Positions 10,622-18,252 of a stretch of 64,000 nucleotides of DNA are shown in pieces. The notes below the pieces were generated by a model. The model saw nothing but the letters and a program-made list of their open reading frames with translations, did not search any database and was not told where the DNA came from. The translations under genes were made by a program, and so were the position numbers. The stretch lies in contig JAGWYA010000004.1 in assembly GCA_018969615.1 (NCBI GenBank), positions 9,922 through 73,921 of the forward strand. The letters run 5' to 3'. Within the stretch, counting starts at the first letter, position 1; each line of letters opens with the position of its first letter. The DNA is from Patescibacteria group bacterium. GTDB taxonomy: Bacteria; Patescibacteriota; Minisyncoccia; UBA6257; 02-FULL-45-10c.

Positions 10622-10709
10622 CGGCTTTTTTATTTGCATGTAATATAAAGAATTTAAATACCACCATGCTACAGCAGAGCGGTATTTTACGTTTCATTTT
10701 ATTCTCCTA

Positions 10710-10770
10710 AAAACAAAACCTCTTTCACGCAGTGCCGGGTTCTTACACTGCTTCAAAGAGGTTTTGTTTT
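10710..10770. terminator. Long inverted repeat downstream of tRNA-Lys (bidirectional terminator-like)
   Basis: AAAACAAAACCTCTTT / AAAGAGGTTTTGTTTT 16-bp arms plus inner GCAGTG/CACTGC. Confidence 0.7.
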
Positions 10771-10776
10771 ATTTTG

Positions 10777-10847
10777 TGCCCCCACTTGGAATCGAACCAA
10801 GGTCAACTGCTTAAAAGGCAGCTGCTTTACCATTAAGCTATGGGGGC
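10777..10847 (-). tRNA. tRNA-Lys(UUU)
   Basis: GCCCCCATAGCTTAATGGTAAAGCAGCTGCCTTTTAAGCAGTTGACCTTGGTTCGATTCCAAGTGGGGGCA; cloverleaf, loop CTTTTAA, no encoded CCA. Confidence 0.95.
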
Positions 10848-10916
10848 ACTCTACAAACAACGTTAATCCCTGCTTTTATTTTCGATGAGCGAACCGATCG
10901 GTAGGCAACGCCTACT

Positions 10917-10951
10917 AAAGGCAGCTGCTTTACCATTAAGCTATGGGGGCA
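10917..10951 (-). repeat. 35-bp exact duplicate of the tRNA-Lys 5' half
   Basis: Identical to 10814-10848. Confidence 0.92.
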
Positions 10952-11157
10952 ACTCCGATATAGTTAATCATATCACAGGCCTTTCTGTAAAGAATTTAGC
11001 CCCTTGCGAAGCGGCGGGGAATATGGTTATCTAATGTACAGGCAATGGACGGCTGTTCGACCAGCCGTCTTTTGTTTTAAAAAAGCAAAAAATCCCTTGA
11101 AGTTTTAGTTTGGAAAAGCGTATAGTAAGCGTAGAACGTTGAATTGGAGAAGATGAG

Positions 11158-11499
11158 ATGGAGAGATTCCTTCTCGACGCTGCACAGCTGAGAAAGTACC
11201 TTCCGGCCCTTTCCGAATCGCAAAAGAATGCGATCAGAAACGGCAAGAAGATCAAGGTTGCTGAGGAACAGCGGGAGGGATGGACCGGAAAGCTTCCGTT
11301 CTATATTTTCTGGTGTCCTACCTGTGACAATTTCTCATACGATTACCCGCACGGTTTTATCGAAACACAGTACTTGACCTGCCATAAATGCTCTAAGCGG
11401 ATCGATTTCCGCCCTTGGTGGGTCGAGCTCGCGCAGCTCTGGGAGCTGATCAAGTGGATGTGCAGGCGAGACAAGAAAAACGCGGGAGGTGCGAAATGA
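11158..11499 (+). CDS. Hypothetical zinc-ribbon protein
   Basis: CPTC...CHKC pairs; GGAG SD; ATGA overlap with the next ORF. Confidence 0.65.
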   Translation: MERFLLDAAQLRKYLPALSESQKNAIRNGKKIKVAEEQREGWTGKLPFYIFWCPTCDNFSYDYPHGFIETQYLTCHKCSKRIDFRPWWVELAQLWELIKWMCRRDKKNAGGAK

Positions 11500-11894
11500 G
11501 CCAGTCTCGTAAGAGCTTTCGTGATCATGTGGTCGTGACTCCGATCAAGGATATGCCGCGGCAGAAGCTTTTCAGTGTCCGTCGTTTGCTGACCTATAAT
11601 ACGGAAAAATATTTTTCTCGCGGAATGCTTGTTCCGGATCCTGAGGATCATTTGTCTGAGGCTCTTGAGCTTGCAAAGCGGCTTTTTGAGCATAACGGCG
11701 TCCAATCGATACTGGTGTCGCAATATGACATTTATGTTACGATCGGCCGCGCATTTGATTGGAAGCTCGACCATCTTGAGTCAGCGGTTCTTTCTACGAT
11801 CAAGAAATACTTTGAAGATTTTTATGATGCGTTGGAAGACGCTTCAGACCTGCTTGAAAAGCGATCGAAAAAGAAGAAGGGAAAATCTCCTTAA
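11496..11894 (+). CDS. NifU/Nfu N-terminal scaffold-domain-like protein
   Basis: LAKRLFEHNGVQSILVSQYDIYVTIGRAFDW resembles Nfu_N; GGAGGT SD; terminator AATAACTCCC/GGGAGTTATT follows. Confidence 0.6.
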   Translation: MSQSRKSFRDHVVVTPIKDMPRQKLFSVRRLLTYNTEKYFSRGMLVPDPEDHLSEALELAKRLFEHNGVQSILVSQYDIYVTIGRAFDWKLDHLESAVLSTIKKYFEDFYDALEDASDLLEKRSKKKKGKSP

Positions 11895-11935
11895 ATATTG
11901 CAATAACTCCCAAAGGGAGTTATTTTTATTTTTAT

Positions 11936-12607
11936 ATGAATAAAGAACTTATCAAATGGATCGTGAGCGCGGTGGCGCTTGTGGGGTTGTTCGGAGGAGC
12001 GTATTATTTCAGTACGAGCAGTAGCGGACAGGCATTGCAGAACAGCCTGACCGGTGCGGCATCGAATACTTCTATGGCTCAAGCAACTTCAACGCCGGTC
12101 GCGATGGATAACCCGACCGATCCGACGGTTACTCTGGTTACGAACTTCGGCGACATCAAGATGGAACTGTTTCCGAGTGATGCGCCTTTGGCCGTCGCAA
12201 ACTTCCTAAAGCTCGCCAAGAGCGGCTTCTATGACGGCACGAAATTCCACCGGGTGATCAAAGGATTTATGATCCAGGGCGGGGACCCGCTCAGTAAGGA
12301 TGAGACCCTTCAGGCTCGCTGGGGCACTGGCGGCCCGGGATATTCGTTTAACGATGAATTGAACCCGAGCACGAAGTCCTACCAGCGCGGATACGTGCGC
12401 GGAACGCTTGCGATGGCAAATGCGGGACCGAACACGAACGGCAGCCAGTTCTTCATTATGCACCAGGATACACCGCTTCAGCCTCTCTATACGATCTTCG
12501 GAAAAGTACTGAGCGGGATGGATGCGGTGGATGCGATCGCGAACCTTCCGGTGAATTCGAACGACCGTCCGCTCCAGGATGCAACGGTTGAGAAGGTTGA
12601 ACTCTAA
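11936..12607 (+). CDS. Cyclophilin-type peptidyl-prolyl isomerase with N-terminal anchor
   Basis: FHRVIKGFMIQGGDP, AMANAGPNTNGSQFFI, YTIFGKV. Confidence 0.97.
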   Translation: MNKELIKWIVSAVALVGLFGGAYYFSTSSSGQALQNSLTGAASNTSMAQATSTPVAMDNPTDPTVTLVTNFGDIKMELFPSDAPLAVANFLKLAKSGFYDGTKFHRVIKGFMIQGGDPLSKDETLQARWGTGGPGYSFNDELNPSTKSYQRGYVRGTLAMANAGPNTNGSQFFIMHQDTPLQPLYTIFGKVLSGMDAVDAIANLPVNSNDRPLQDATVEKVEL

Positions 12608-12632
12608 TTTACTTTGTAGTACACTATTGCTC

Positions 12633-13898
12633 ATGCGTTCGAAATCAATTTTATTACTGACAGCGGTAACCCTTCTTGCAGTTGCGGGCGGCGTATTTGT
12701 GTATCCGCAGGGGAACTTCGCCAAGACCTATTTGCCGTGGAAGCTCGGCCTTGATCTGGTCGGCGGCACGCAGCTTATCTATCAGATGGACATGACGAAC
12801 ATCGCTCCGGCCGAGCAGGATTCTGTTGCGGCGGGTCTGCGGGATGTGATCGAGAAGCGCGTGAACTTGTTCGGCGTGAACGAACCGACCGTTGAAACGC
12901 TTAAGAACGGCGATTCATATCGTTTGCTGGTTGAGCTTGCGGGCGTGAAGGATATCCATCAGGCCATTCAAATGATCGGCCAGACGCCGTCTTTGGTGTT
13001 CAGCGAAGAAAGCAGCACGACCCCGGCGGCCGCAGCGACCTCGAGCCAGTCGGTCCAGTTCGTTCCGACCGAATTGAACGGCCGGTATGTTGAGGGCGCT
13101 CAATTGACCTTCGATCCGACCACGGGCACTCCACAGATCTCCCTGCAATTCAACGATCAAGGCGCCAAGCTTTTTGAAGCGATCACGAGCCGGAATGTCG
13201 GGAAACCACTCGGCGTCTTCTTGGATGGAAGCCTGCTGACCGCTCCGGTCGTTCAGGAAACGATCACCGGCGGCAAGGCGCAGATCACCGGCCAGTTCAC
13301 GATCTCGTCCGCGCAGCAGCTCGTCCAGCGTTTCAATGCAGGCGCATTGCCGGCACCGATCACGCTCATCAATCAGCAGACCATCGGCGCATCGCTCGGT
13401 CAGGATTCGCTCGATAAGATGGTCATGGCGGGTATCTGGGGGACCCTCGCCGTCATGCTGTTCATGGTTTTGTACTATCATCTCCTCGGTCTTTTCGCGG
13501 TTGTCGCGCTCATTATGTACGTGATCTTCGCCATGGCGGTCTTCAAGCTGTTCTCGGTCACGATGAGCCTTGCGGGTATCGCCGGTTTCATTCTTTCCAT
13601 CGGTATGGCCGTTGATGCGAACATTCTTATCTTCGAGCGCACGAAAGAAGAACTGAAGAAAGGTCTTTCGCGCCACGCGGCGATCGCTGCCGGTTTTGAC
13701 CGTGCCTGGACATCCATCCGCGATTCGAACTTTACGACGATCTTGACCTCGATCATTCTCTTCTACACGACCTCGAGCTTTGTGAAGGGCTTCGCGCTGA
13801 CGCTTCTTATCGGTGTCGTGGTCAGCATGTTCAGCGCCATTACGATCACGAGAACTTTATTGCAGGTGTTCCTCCGGGATAAGAAAGATACTAAATAA
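12633..13898 (+). CDS. secD: Protein translocase subunit SecD
   Basis: LGLDLVGG, GALPAP, IGASLG, GMAVDANILIFER. Confidence 0.97.
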   Translation: MRSKSILLLTAVTLLAVAGGVFVYPQGNFAKTYLPWKLGLDLVGGTQLIYQMDMTNIAPAEQDSVAAGLRDVIEKRVNLFGVNEPTVETLKNGDSYRLLVELAGVKDIHQAIQMIGQTPSLVFSEESSTTPAAAATSSQSVQFVPTELNGRYVEGAQLTFDPTTGTPQISLQFNDQGAKLFEAITSRNVGKPLGVFLDGSLLTAPVVQETITGGKAQITGQFTISSAQQLVQRFNAGALPAPITLINQQTIGASLGQDSLDKMVMAGIWGTLAVMLFMVLYYHLLGLFAVVALIMYVIFAMAVFKLFSVTMSLAGIAGFILSIGMAVDANILIFERTKEELKKGLSRHAAIAAGFDRAWTSIRDSNFTTILTSIILFYTTSSFVKGFALTLLIGVVVSMFSAITITRTLLQVFLRDKKDTK

Positions 13899-13909
13899 CC
13901 CCTACTATT

Positions 13910-14800
13910 ATGGACGTCATTAAATATAAATTCGTATTCATCGGTTTCTCCACGATCCTGACCCTGGCTGCCGTCGCGAGCATGATCGGGTTCGGCTATA
14001 AGCAGGGGATCGATTTTGCGGGAGGGACCCTGTGGCAGATCCAATTCGCCCAGACCGGCGCCACTGCTCCGGCGGTGCAGGATTTCCTTACGAAGCAAAA
14101 CTTGGACGGCGTGACCGTGCGTCCTGAGGGAGATCAGAACGCGTTCTCGATCCAGACCCAGCAGTTATCCGAAGATCAGCATGTTGCGCTTGCGTCCGAG
14201 ATCCAGCAGCAGTTCGGTTCGTTCACCGAGCTGAGCTTCTCAAGCGTCGGCCCGTCGATCGGTTCCGAACTGCGCAACGGTGCGATCACCGCATTCCTTC
14301 TGGTATTGCTTGGTATCTCCCTGTATGTCGCTTTCGCATTCCGCAAAGTCTCATATCCGGTGAATTCATGGAAATACGGCATTGCGACGCTGATCACGCT
14401 GTTCCATGACGCTTTGATCCCTGCCGGCGCGTTCGCGTTCTGGGGCTGGCGATACGGCGTGGAGATCGATACGAACTTTATCGTGGCACTGCTGGTCGTG
14501 ATGGGCTTTTCGGTCCATGACACGATCGTGGTGTTCGACCGTATCCGCGAAAATCTGCTCTTGGCGAAGAATAAGAACGATCTTGCCGGGATCATTAACA
14601 TCAGTATTAAACAGACCTTTGCCCGTTCGGTGAACACTTCGTTGACCCTGATGATCGTCTTGGTCGCCTTGTATCTCTTCGGCGCGACCTCTTTGAGCTG
14701 GTTTACGCTTATGATGCTGGTCGGAACGCTGACCGGAACCTACTCCTCGATCTTTGTGGCAAGCCCGATGCTGACCTTCTTCCATAAGGACGTGAAATAA
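13910..14800 (+). CDS. secF: Protein translocase subunit SecF
   Basis: GIDFAGG, VGPSIGSEL, GFSVHDTIVVFDRIRE, GTYSSIFVA. Confidence 0.97.
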   Translation: MDVIKYKFVFIGFSTILTLAAVASMIGFGYKQGIDFAGGTLWQIQFAQTGATAPAVQDFLTKQNLDGVTVRPEGDQNAFSIQTQQLSEDQHVALASEIQQQFGSFTELSFSSVGPSIGSELRNGAITAFLLVLLGISLYVAFAFRKVSYPVNSWKYGIATLITLFHDALIPAGAFAFWGWRYGVEIDTNFIVALLVVMGFSVHDTIVVFDRIRENLLLAKNKNDLAGIINISIKQTFARSVNTSLTLMIVLVALYLFGATSLSWFTLMMLVGTLTGTYSSIFVASPMLTFFHKDVK

Positions 14801-14812
14801 CCATACGGCAAT

Positions 14813-14840
14813 AAAAAGATCCCCGAACGGGGATCTTTTT
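14813..14840. terminator. Bidirectional terminator between secF and efp
   Basis: AAAAAGATCCCCG-AA-CGGGGATCTTTTT. Confidence 0.88.
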
Positions 14841-14855
14841 ATTGCGAGACGGAAA

Positions 14856-15428
14856 TTATTTCGCCTTCTCGACGCGCTCTACGTATGCGCCGGTCTGGGT
14901 GTTCACGCGGATAATGTCGTCGTTGTTCACAAAGAGGGGAACTTGGACGACGACGCCGGTCTCGAGCGTCGCGGCTTTCGTGCCGCCCTGCGCGGTGTTC
15001 CCGCGTTCGCCCGGAGGTGTTTCCTTGACCTTCAGGTCCATTTTAACGGGGAGTCTCAGACCGATGATCTGATCATCAAGCTTTACGGCGGTGACGTCAG
15101 CGTTCTGTTTTAAGAACTGTGCGCCGGTTCCCACCTTTGCTTCTTCCATAGAGAAACGCGTTGCCGGCTTTCCTTTCTCGCAGAACCAGTATTGTCCGCG
15201 GTTCGCATAGAGGAAGGTCAGTTCCTGTGGTTCGAGCTCGATCGATTCGAGCGCTTCGTTCTGATGGAACGTATGCTCCACCACCTGCCCGGTCAGCAGG
15301 TTCTTTAATTTTGTTTTTGCAACCGGCTTACGCTGCTGCATGCGCAGGAAAGCGTACTCAAGTACTTCATAGGGCGTACCTTCGAACTTGAAGACCGTCC
15401 CGATCTTTAATTCGTTATAACTTAACAT
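14856..15428 (-). CDS. efp: Elongation factor P
   Basis: Start MLSYNELKIG; PGERGNTAQGGTKAATLETG, VPLFV, RVNTQTGAYVER. Confidence 0.95.
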   Translation of the reverse strand: MLSYNELKIGTVFKFEGTPYEVLEYAFLRMQQRKPVAKTKLKNLLTGQVVEHTFHQNEALESIELEPQELTFLYANRGQYWFCEKGKPATRFSMEEAKVGTGAQFLKQNADVTAVKLDDQIIGLRLPVKMDLKVKETPPGERGNTAQGGTKAATLETGVVVQVPLFVNNDDIIRVNTQTGAYVERVEKAK

Positions 15429-15521
15429 GTTTGATAGTATATCGCGCGAAACGATCTTTTTCAAGGGTAAAAACGCGGAAGGATTGTCAAAAGAGGGCGA
15501 ACTTTGTATAGTATCGAGGTC

Positions 15522-16793
15522 ATGGCAAAAAAAACGAGGAAAAAAGTATTCGTTGGCATGTCCGGTGGAGTGGACAGTTCCGTTGCCGCGGCGCTTCTGA
15601 AAGAGCGCGGTTTTGACGTGGTCGGCGTGCATTTGAAGTGCTACAACGTGGACGGCTGTGCCGAGCAGGATGCGGAAGACGCACGCCGGGCCGCGGAAAC
15701 GCTGGGGATCCCGTTCTATGTGTTGGATATGGAGCAGGAATATAAGGACCGGGTCGTACAATATATGGTGGACGGTTATCGAAAAGGGATCACGCCGAAC
15801 CCCGATGTCATGTGCAATAAAGAGATCAAATTCGGGCTTTTCCTTGAGAAGGCGCTGGCAATGGGCGCGGACTATATCGCGACCGGGCATTATGTACGGC
15901 TCAGAAAAGTTCGAGATGCTGGAAATGTTCAAGATGTTGTAACTGATGGAAGCAAGCGAACGGCAGCGAGTGATAGAGCAACTAGAACACTTGGAACGAG
16001 CGAAGCGATAGAACAAGCAGGGCGGTTGAACAAGCGAAGTGATCCATCATTCGAACTTCAGATCGCGCGCGATCTGAATAAGGACCAGTCTTATTTTTTG
16101 TGGACGCTTACTCAAAAGCAGCTCCGGCATGCGTTGTTTCCGGTCGGTGATATGACGAAGCCCGAGGTGCGCAAGCTTGCACGGAAATATAAGCTGCCGA
16201 ACGCGGAGAAGAAGGATTCGCAGGGGATCTGTTTCCTCGGACAGGTGACACTGAAGGATTTTTTGGCCGAGTATATTCCGCAAAAGAAGGGCGTGGTGGT
16301 GAATACGGCCGGTGAAGTGATCGGTGAGCATACCGGAGCTTATTTTTATACGATCGGCCAGCGGGGAGGCTTAGGGATCGGCGGGCATGCGAAGCCGTAT
16401 TATATCGCTGAAAAGGATGTGAAAGAGAATGCGCTTCTGGTCGCGGAGGAGGGGGACCCGGCGCTGTACCGGAAGGAGGTGCGATTAACGAATGTGAATT
16501 TCATCACTGCGCGCCCGGTGCAGGCGCGGACGTCGGTATGGGTGCGCGTGCGATATCGCCAGCCGCTGTTTAAGGCGACTCTCGTTGTTCAAAATGCTGG
16601 AAATGTTCAAGATGTTGTAAATGATAAGAGCGCTAAAAATAGACAAGCCAGCCGATCGAACAAGCGAAGCAGTAGAACAGCTATCACTTATACACTTGTG
16701 TTTGATAAGCCGCAGAAATTCGTCGCGACCGGACAGTCGGCGGTGTGGTATTCGAAAAAAGGTAGAATGCTCGGCGGCGGGGTTATTTTCTAA
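15522..16793 (+). CDS. mnmA: tRNA 2-thiouridylase MnmA with two repeat-derived insertions
   Basis: MSGGVDSS, TPNPDVMCN, IATGHY, KDQSYFL, DSQGICF, TIGQR. Confidence 0.97.
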   Translation: MAKKTRKKVFVGMSGGVDSSVAAALLKERGFDVVGVHLKCYNVDGCAEQDAEDARRAAETLGIPFYVLDMEQEYKDRVVQYMVDGYRKGITPNPDVMCNKEIKFGLFLEKALAMGADYIATGHYVRLRKVRDAGNVQDVVTDGSKRTAASDRATRTLGTSEAIEQAGRLNKRSDPSFELQIARDLNKDQSYFLWTLTQKQLRHALFPVGDMTKPEVRKLARKYKLPNAEKKDSQGICFLGQVTLKDFLAEYIPQKKGVVVNTAGEVIGEHTGAYFYTIGQRGGLGIGGHAKPYYIAEKDVKENALLVAEEGDPALYRKEVRLTNVNFITARPVQARTSVWVRVRYRQPLFKATLVVQNAGNVQDVVNDKSAKNRQASRSNKRSSRTAITYTLVFDKPQKFVATGQSAVWYSKKGRMLGGGVIF

Positions 16794-16797
16794 GTAT

Positions 16798-17802
16798 ATG
16801 GTAAGCGGATTTTGGAAAAAGATCGCGGCCCGGGCGAAGAAAGAGAAGCGCCCGATCATGGTTGCAGCGCCGATGGCGAACGTCACCGATGCGGCGTTCC
16901 GGAGGATGCTCGCCAAATACGGAAAGCGCTCCATCCGGAGGAAGGGGTATCTTGATGCATTGTGGACCGAATTCGTTTCGTGTGAGGGGCTTTGTTCGCC
17001 GGGGCGCGATGTTTTGCTGCAGGACCTTATGTATGACCGGTCCGAACGGCCGATCGTCGCCCAGTTCTTCGGTGCGAAGCCTGAACATTTTTATGAATCC
17101 GCCCGTCTGGCGCAGAAGCTTGGTTTTGACGGCATCGATATCAATATGGGATGCCCCGATAAGAACGTCATCCGGCAGGGCGCCGGCGTCGGACTGATCA
17201 GAACCCCCGAACTTGCGCAGGAGATCATCCGCGCGACGATGCGGGGCGCCGGAAAGCTTCCGGTCTCGGTGAAGACCCGCATCGGATTCAATTCGCCTGA
17301 TCTGAAGAATTGGCTGTCGGTCCTTTTGGAGACTGACCCCGCCGCGATCATTATCCATGGCCGCACGAAAAAAGAGATGTCCCTGGTGCCGGCGCATTGG
17401 GATATCATCGGCGAGGCGGTGGAGATCAGGAACGCATCCGGCAAGGATGTGCTTGTCCTGGGAAACGGGGATGTTTCAAGCCTGGAGGATGCACAGAAAA
17501 AATATGAGACCTATGGCGTTGACGGCGTTATGATCGGTCGGGCGATGTTCGGCACTCCTGACTTTTTTGCTCCCAACAAAAAACCGGCAACGCTGAAGCG
17601 GAATTTGAAGCTTGCGCTGGAGCACACGCTTCTTTTTGAGAAACTCTTCAAAGGAGAGAAACATTTTGACATCATGAAAAAGCATTACCGGTCCTATGTT
17701 GCGGGGCTTGAGAACGCGAAAGCCATGCGTTTTGAACTGATGAATCTGAAAAGCCTGGATGCGGCCAAGAAGACATTGAAAAAGCTGATCGCAGAAGCAT
17801 AG
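16798..17802 (+). CDS. tRNA-dihydrouridine synthase (Dus family)
   Basis: APMANVTD, DINMGCP, PVSVKTRIG, IHGRT, GNGD, GVMIGR. Confidence 0.95.
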   Translation: MVSGFWKKIAARAKKEKRPIMVAAPMANVTDAAFRRMLAKYGKRSIRRKGYLDALWTEFVSCEGLCSPGRDVLLQDLMYDRSERPIVAQFFGAKPEHFYESARLAQKLGFDGIDINMGCPDKNVIRQGAGVGLIRTPELAQEIIRATMRGAGKLPVSVKTRIGFNSPDLKNWLSVLLETDPAAIIIHGRTKKEMSLVPAHWDIIGEAVEIRNASGKDVLVLGNGDVSSLEDAQKKYETYGVDGVMIGRAMFGTPDFFAPNKKPATLKRNLKLALEHTLLFEKLFKGEKHFDIMKKHYRSYVAGLENAKAMRFELMNLKSLDAAKKTLKKLIAEA

Positions 17803-17869
17803 ACGTCTTGAGGAGGGTGAGGGATAGTATCGCTTGACAATAGGGGTAAACTATGCTTAAATTACACCA

Positions 17870-18188
17870 TAGTTCTTTTACCGGCTTGTACTGCTCGTTG
17901 AGCGCCCGTGTGCGTGGGTCAGGGAAATCCGTTCCCGCGCCGCTGCTGCGATCGCGCCAGTACCGGCAAGACGTACGGAGAATACAGCCATGAGGCAACT
18001 CATGGTTCTGCGACCCGCGGCGGGGCCAAACCTCCTGCCTCGCTCTTGGTTGCGGACTGGGCCTTGGACGTCCTCGGCCTGACGGTAGTGTATTCTCTGG
18101 CACTTTAAGTCCTCGACTCTTGTCGAGGCCCAAGCCCTTCGTGCATCTGCCGGAGGCCCCTCGCACATATGCGAGGGTTTTGTTTTTT
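17870..18188 (+). ncRNA. Candidate large structured non-coding RNA (unassigned)
   Basis: TTGACA (17834) with TAAATT (17858), many helices, terminator CCCTCGCA/TGCGAGGG plus T run, no credible ORF. Confidence 0.6.
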
Positions 18189-18252
18189 AAGGGCTCCGAT
18201 CGAGGAGTCTTTTTTATTTCCCGCGGATGCTGTATATTAGTAAAGTAATTTT

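Noticed and set aside
10690-10770. Integron attC site
   Set aside because: No RYYYAAC/GTTRRRY core pair and no intI; a terminator for the tRNA explains it.
15429-16016. N-terminal extension of EF-P (386-aa ORF)
   Set aside because: The extension is antisense to mnmA; EF-P similarity begins at MLSYNEL (15428).
15905-16690. Inteins or group I/II introns in mnmA
   Set aside because: The inserts are only about 30-45 codons and lack C...HN splice motifs or intron core elements.
17672-18168. ORFs 17672-18166(-), 17878-18168(-) and 17908-18108(+) as proteins
   Set aside because: No recognisable motifs or SD; Arg/Gly/Pro-rich composition typical of GC-rich structured non-coding DNA; one overlaps dus.
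17870-18188. RNase P RNA, tmRNA, SRP RNA or T-box leader of aspS
   Set aside because: No GAGGAAAGTCC, no tRNA-like ends, no GGAAGGAAGCAGC loop and no GGTGGNACC T-box; two terminators and a separate promoter-like sequence precede aspS.
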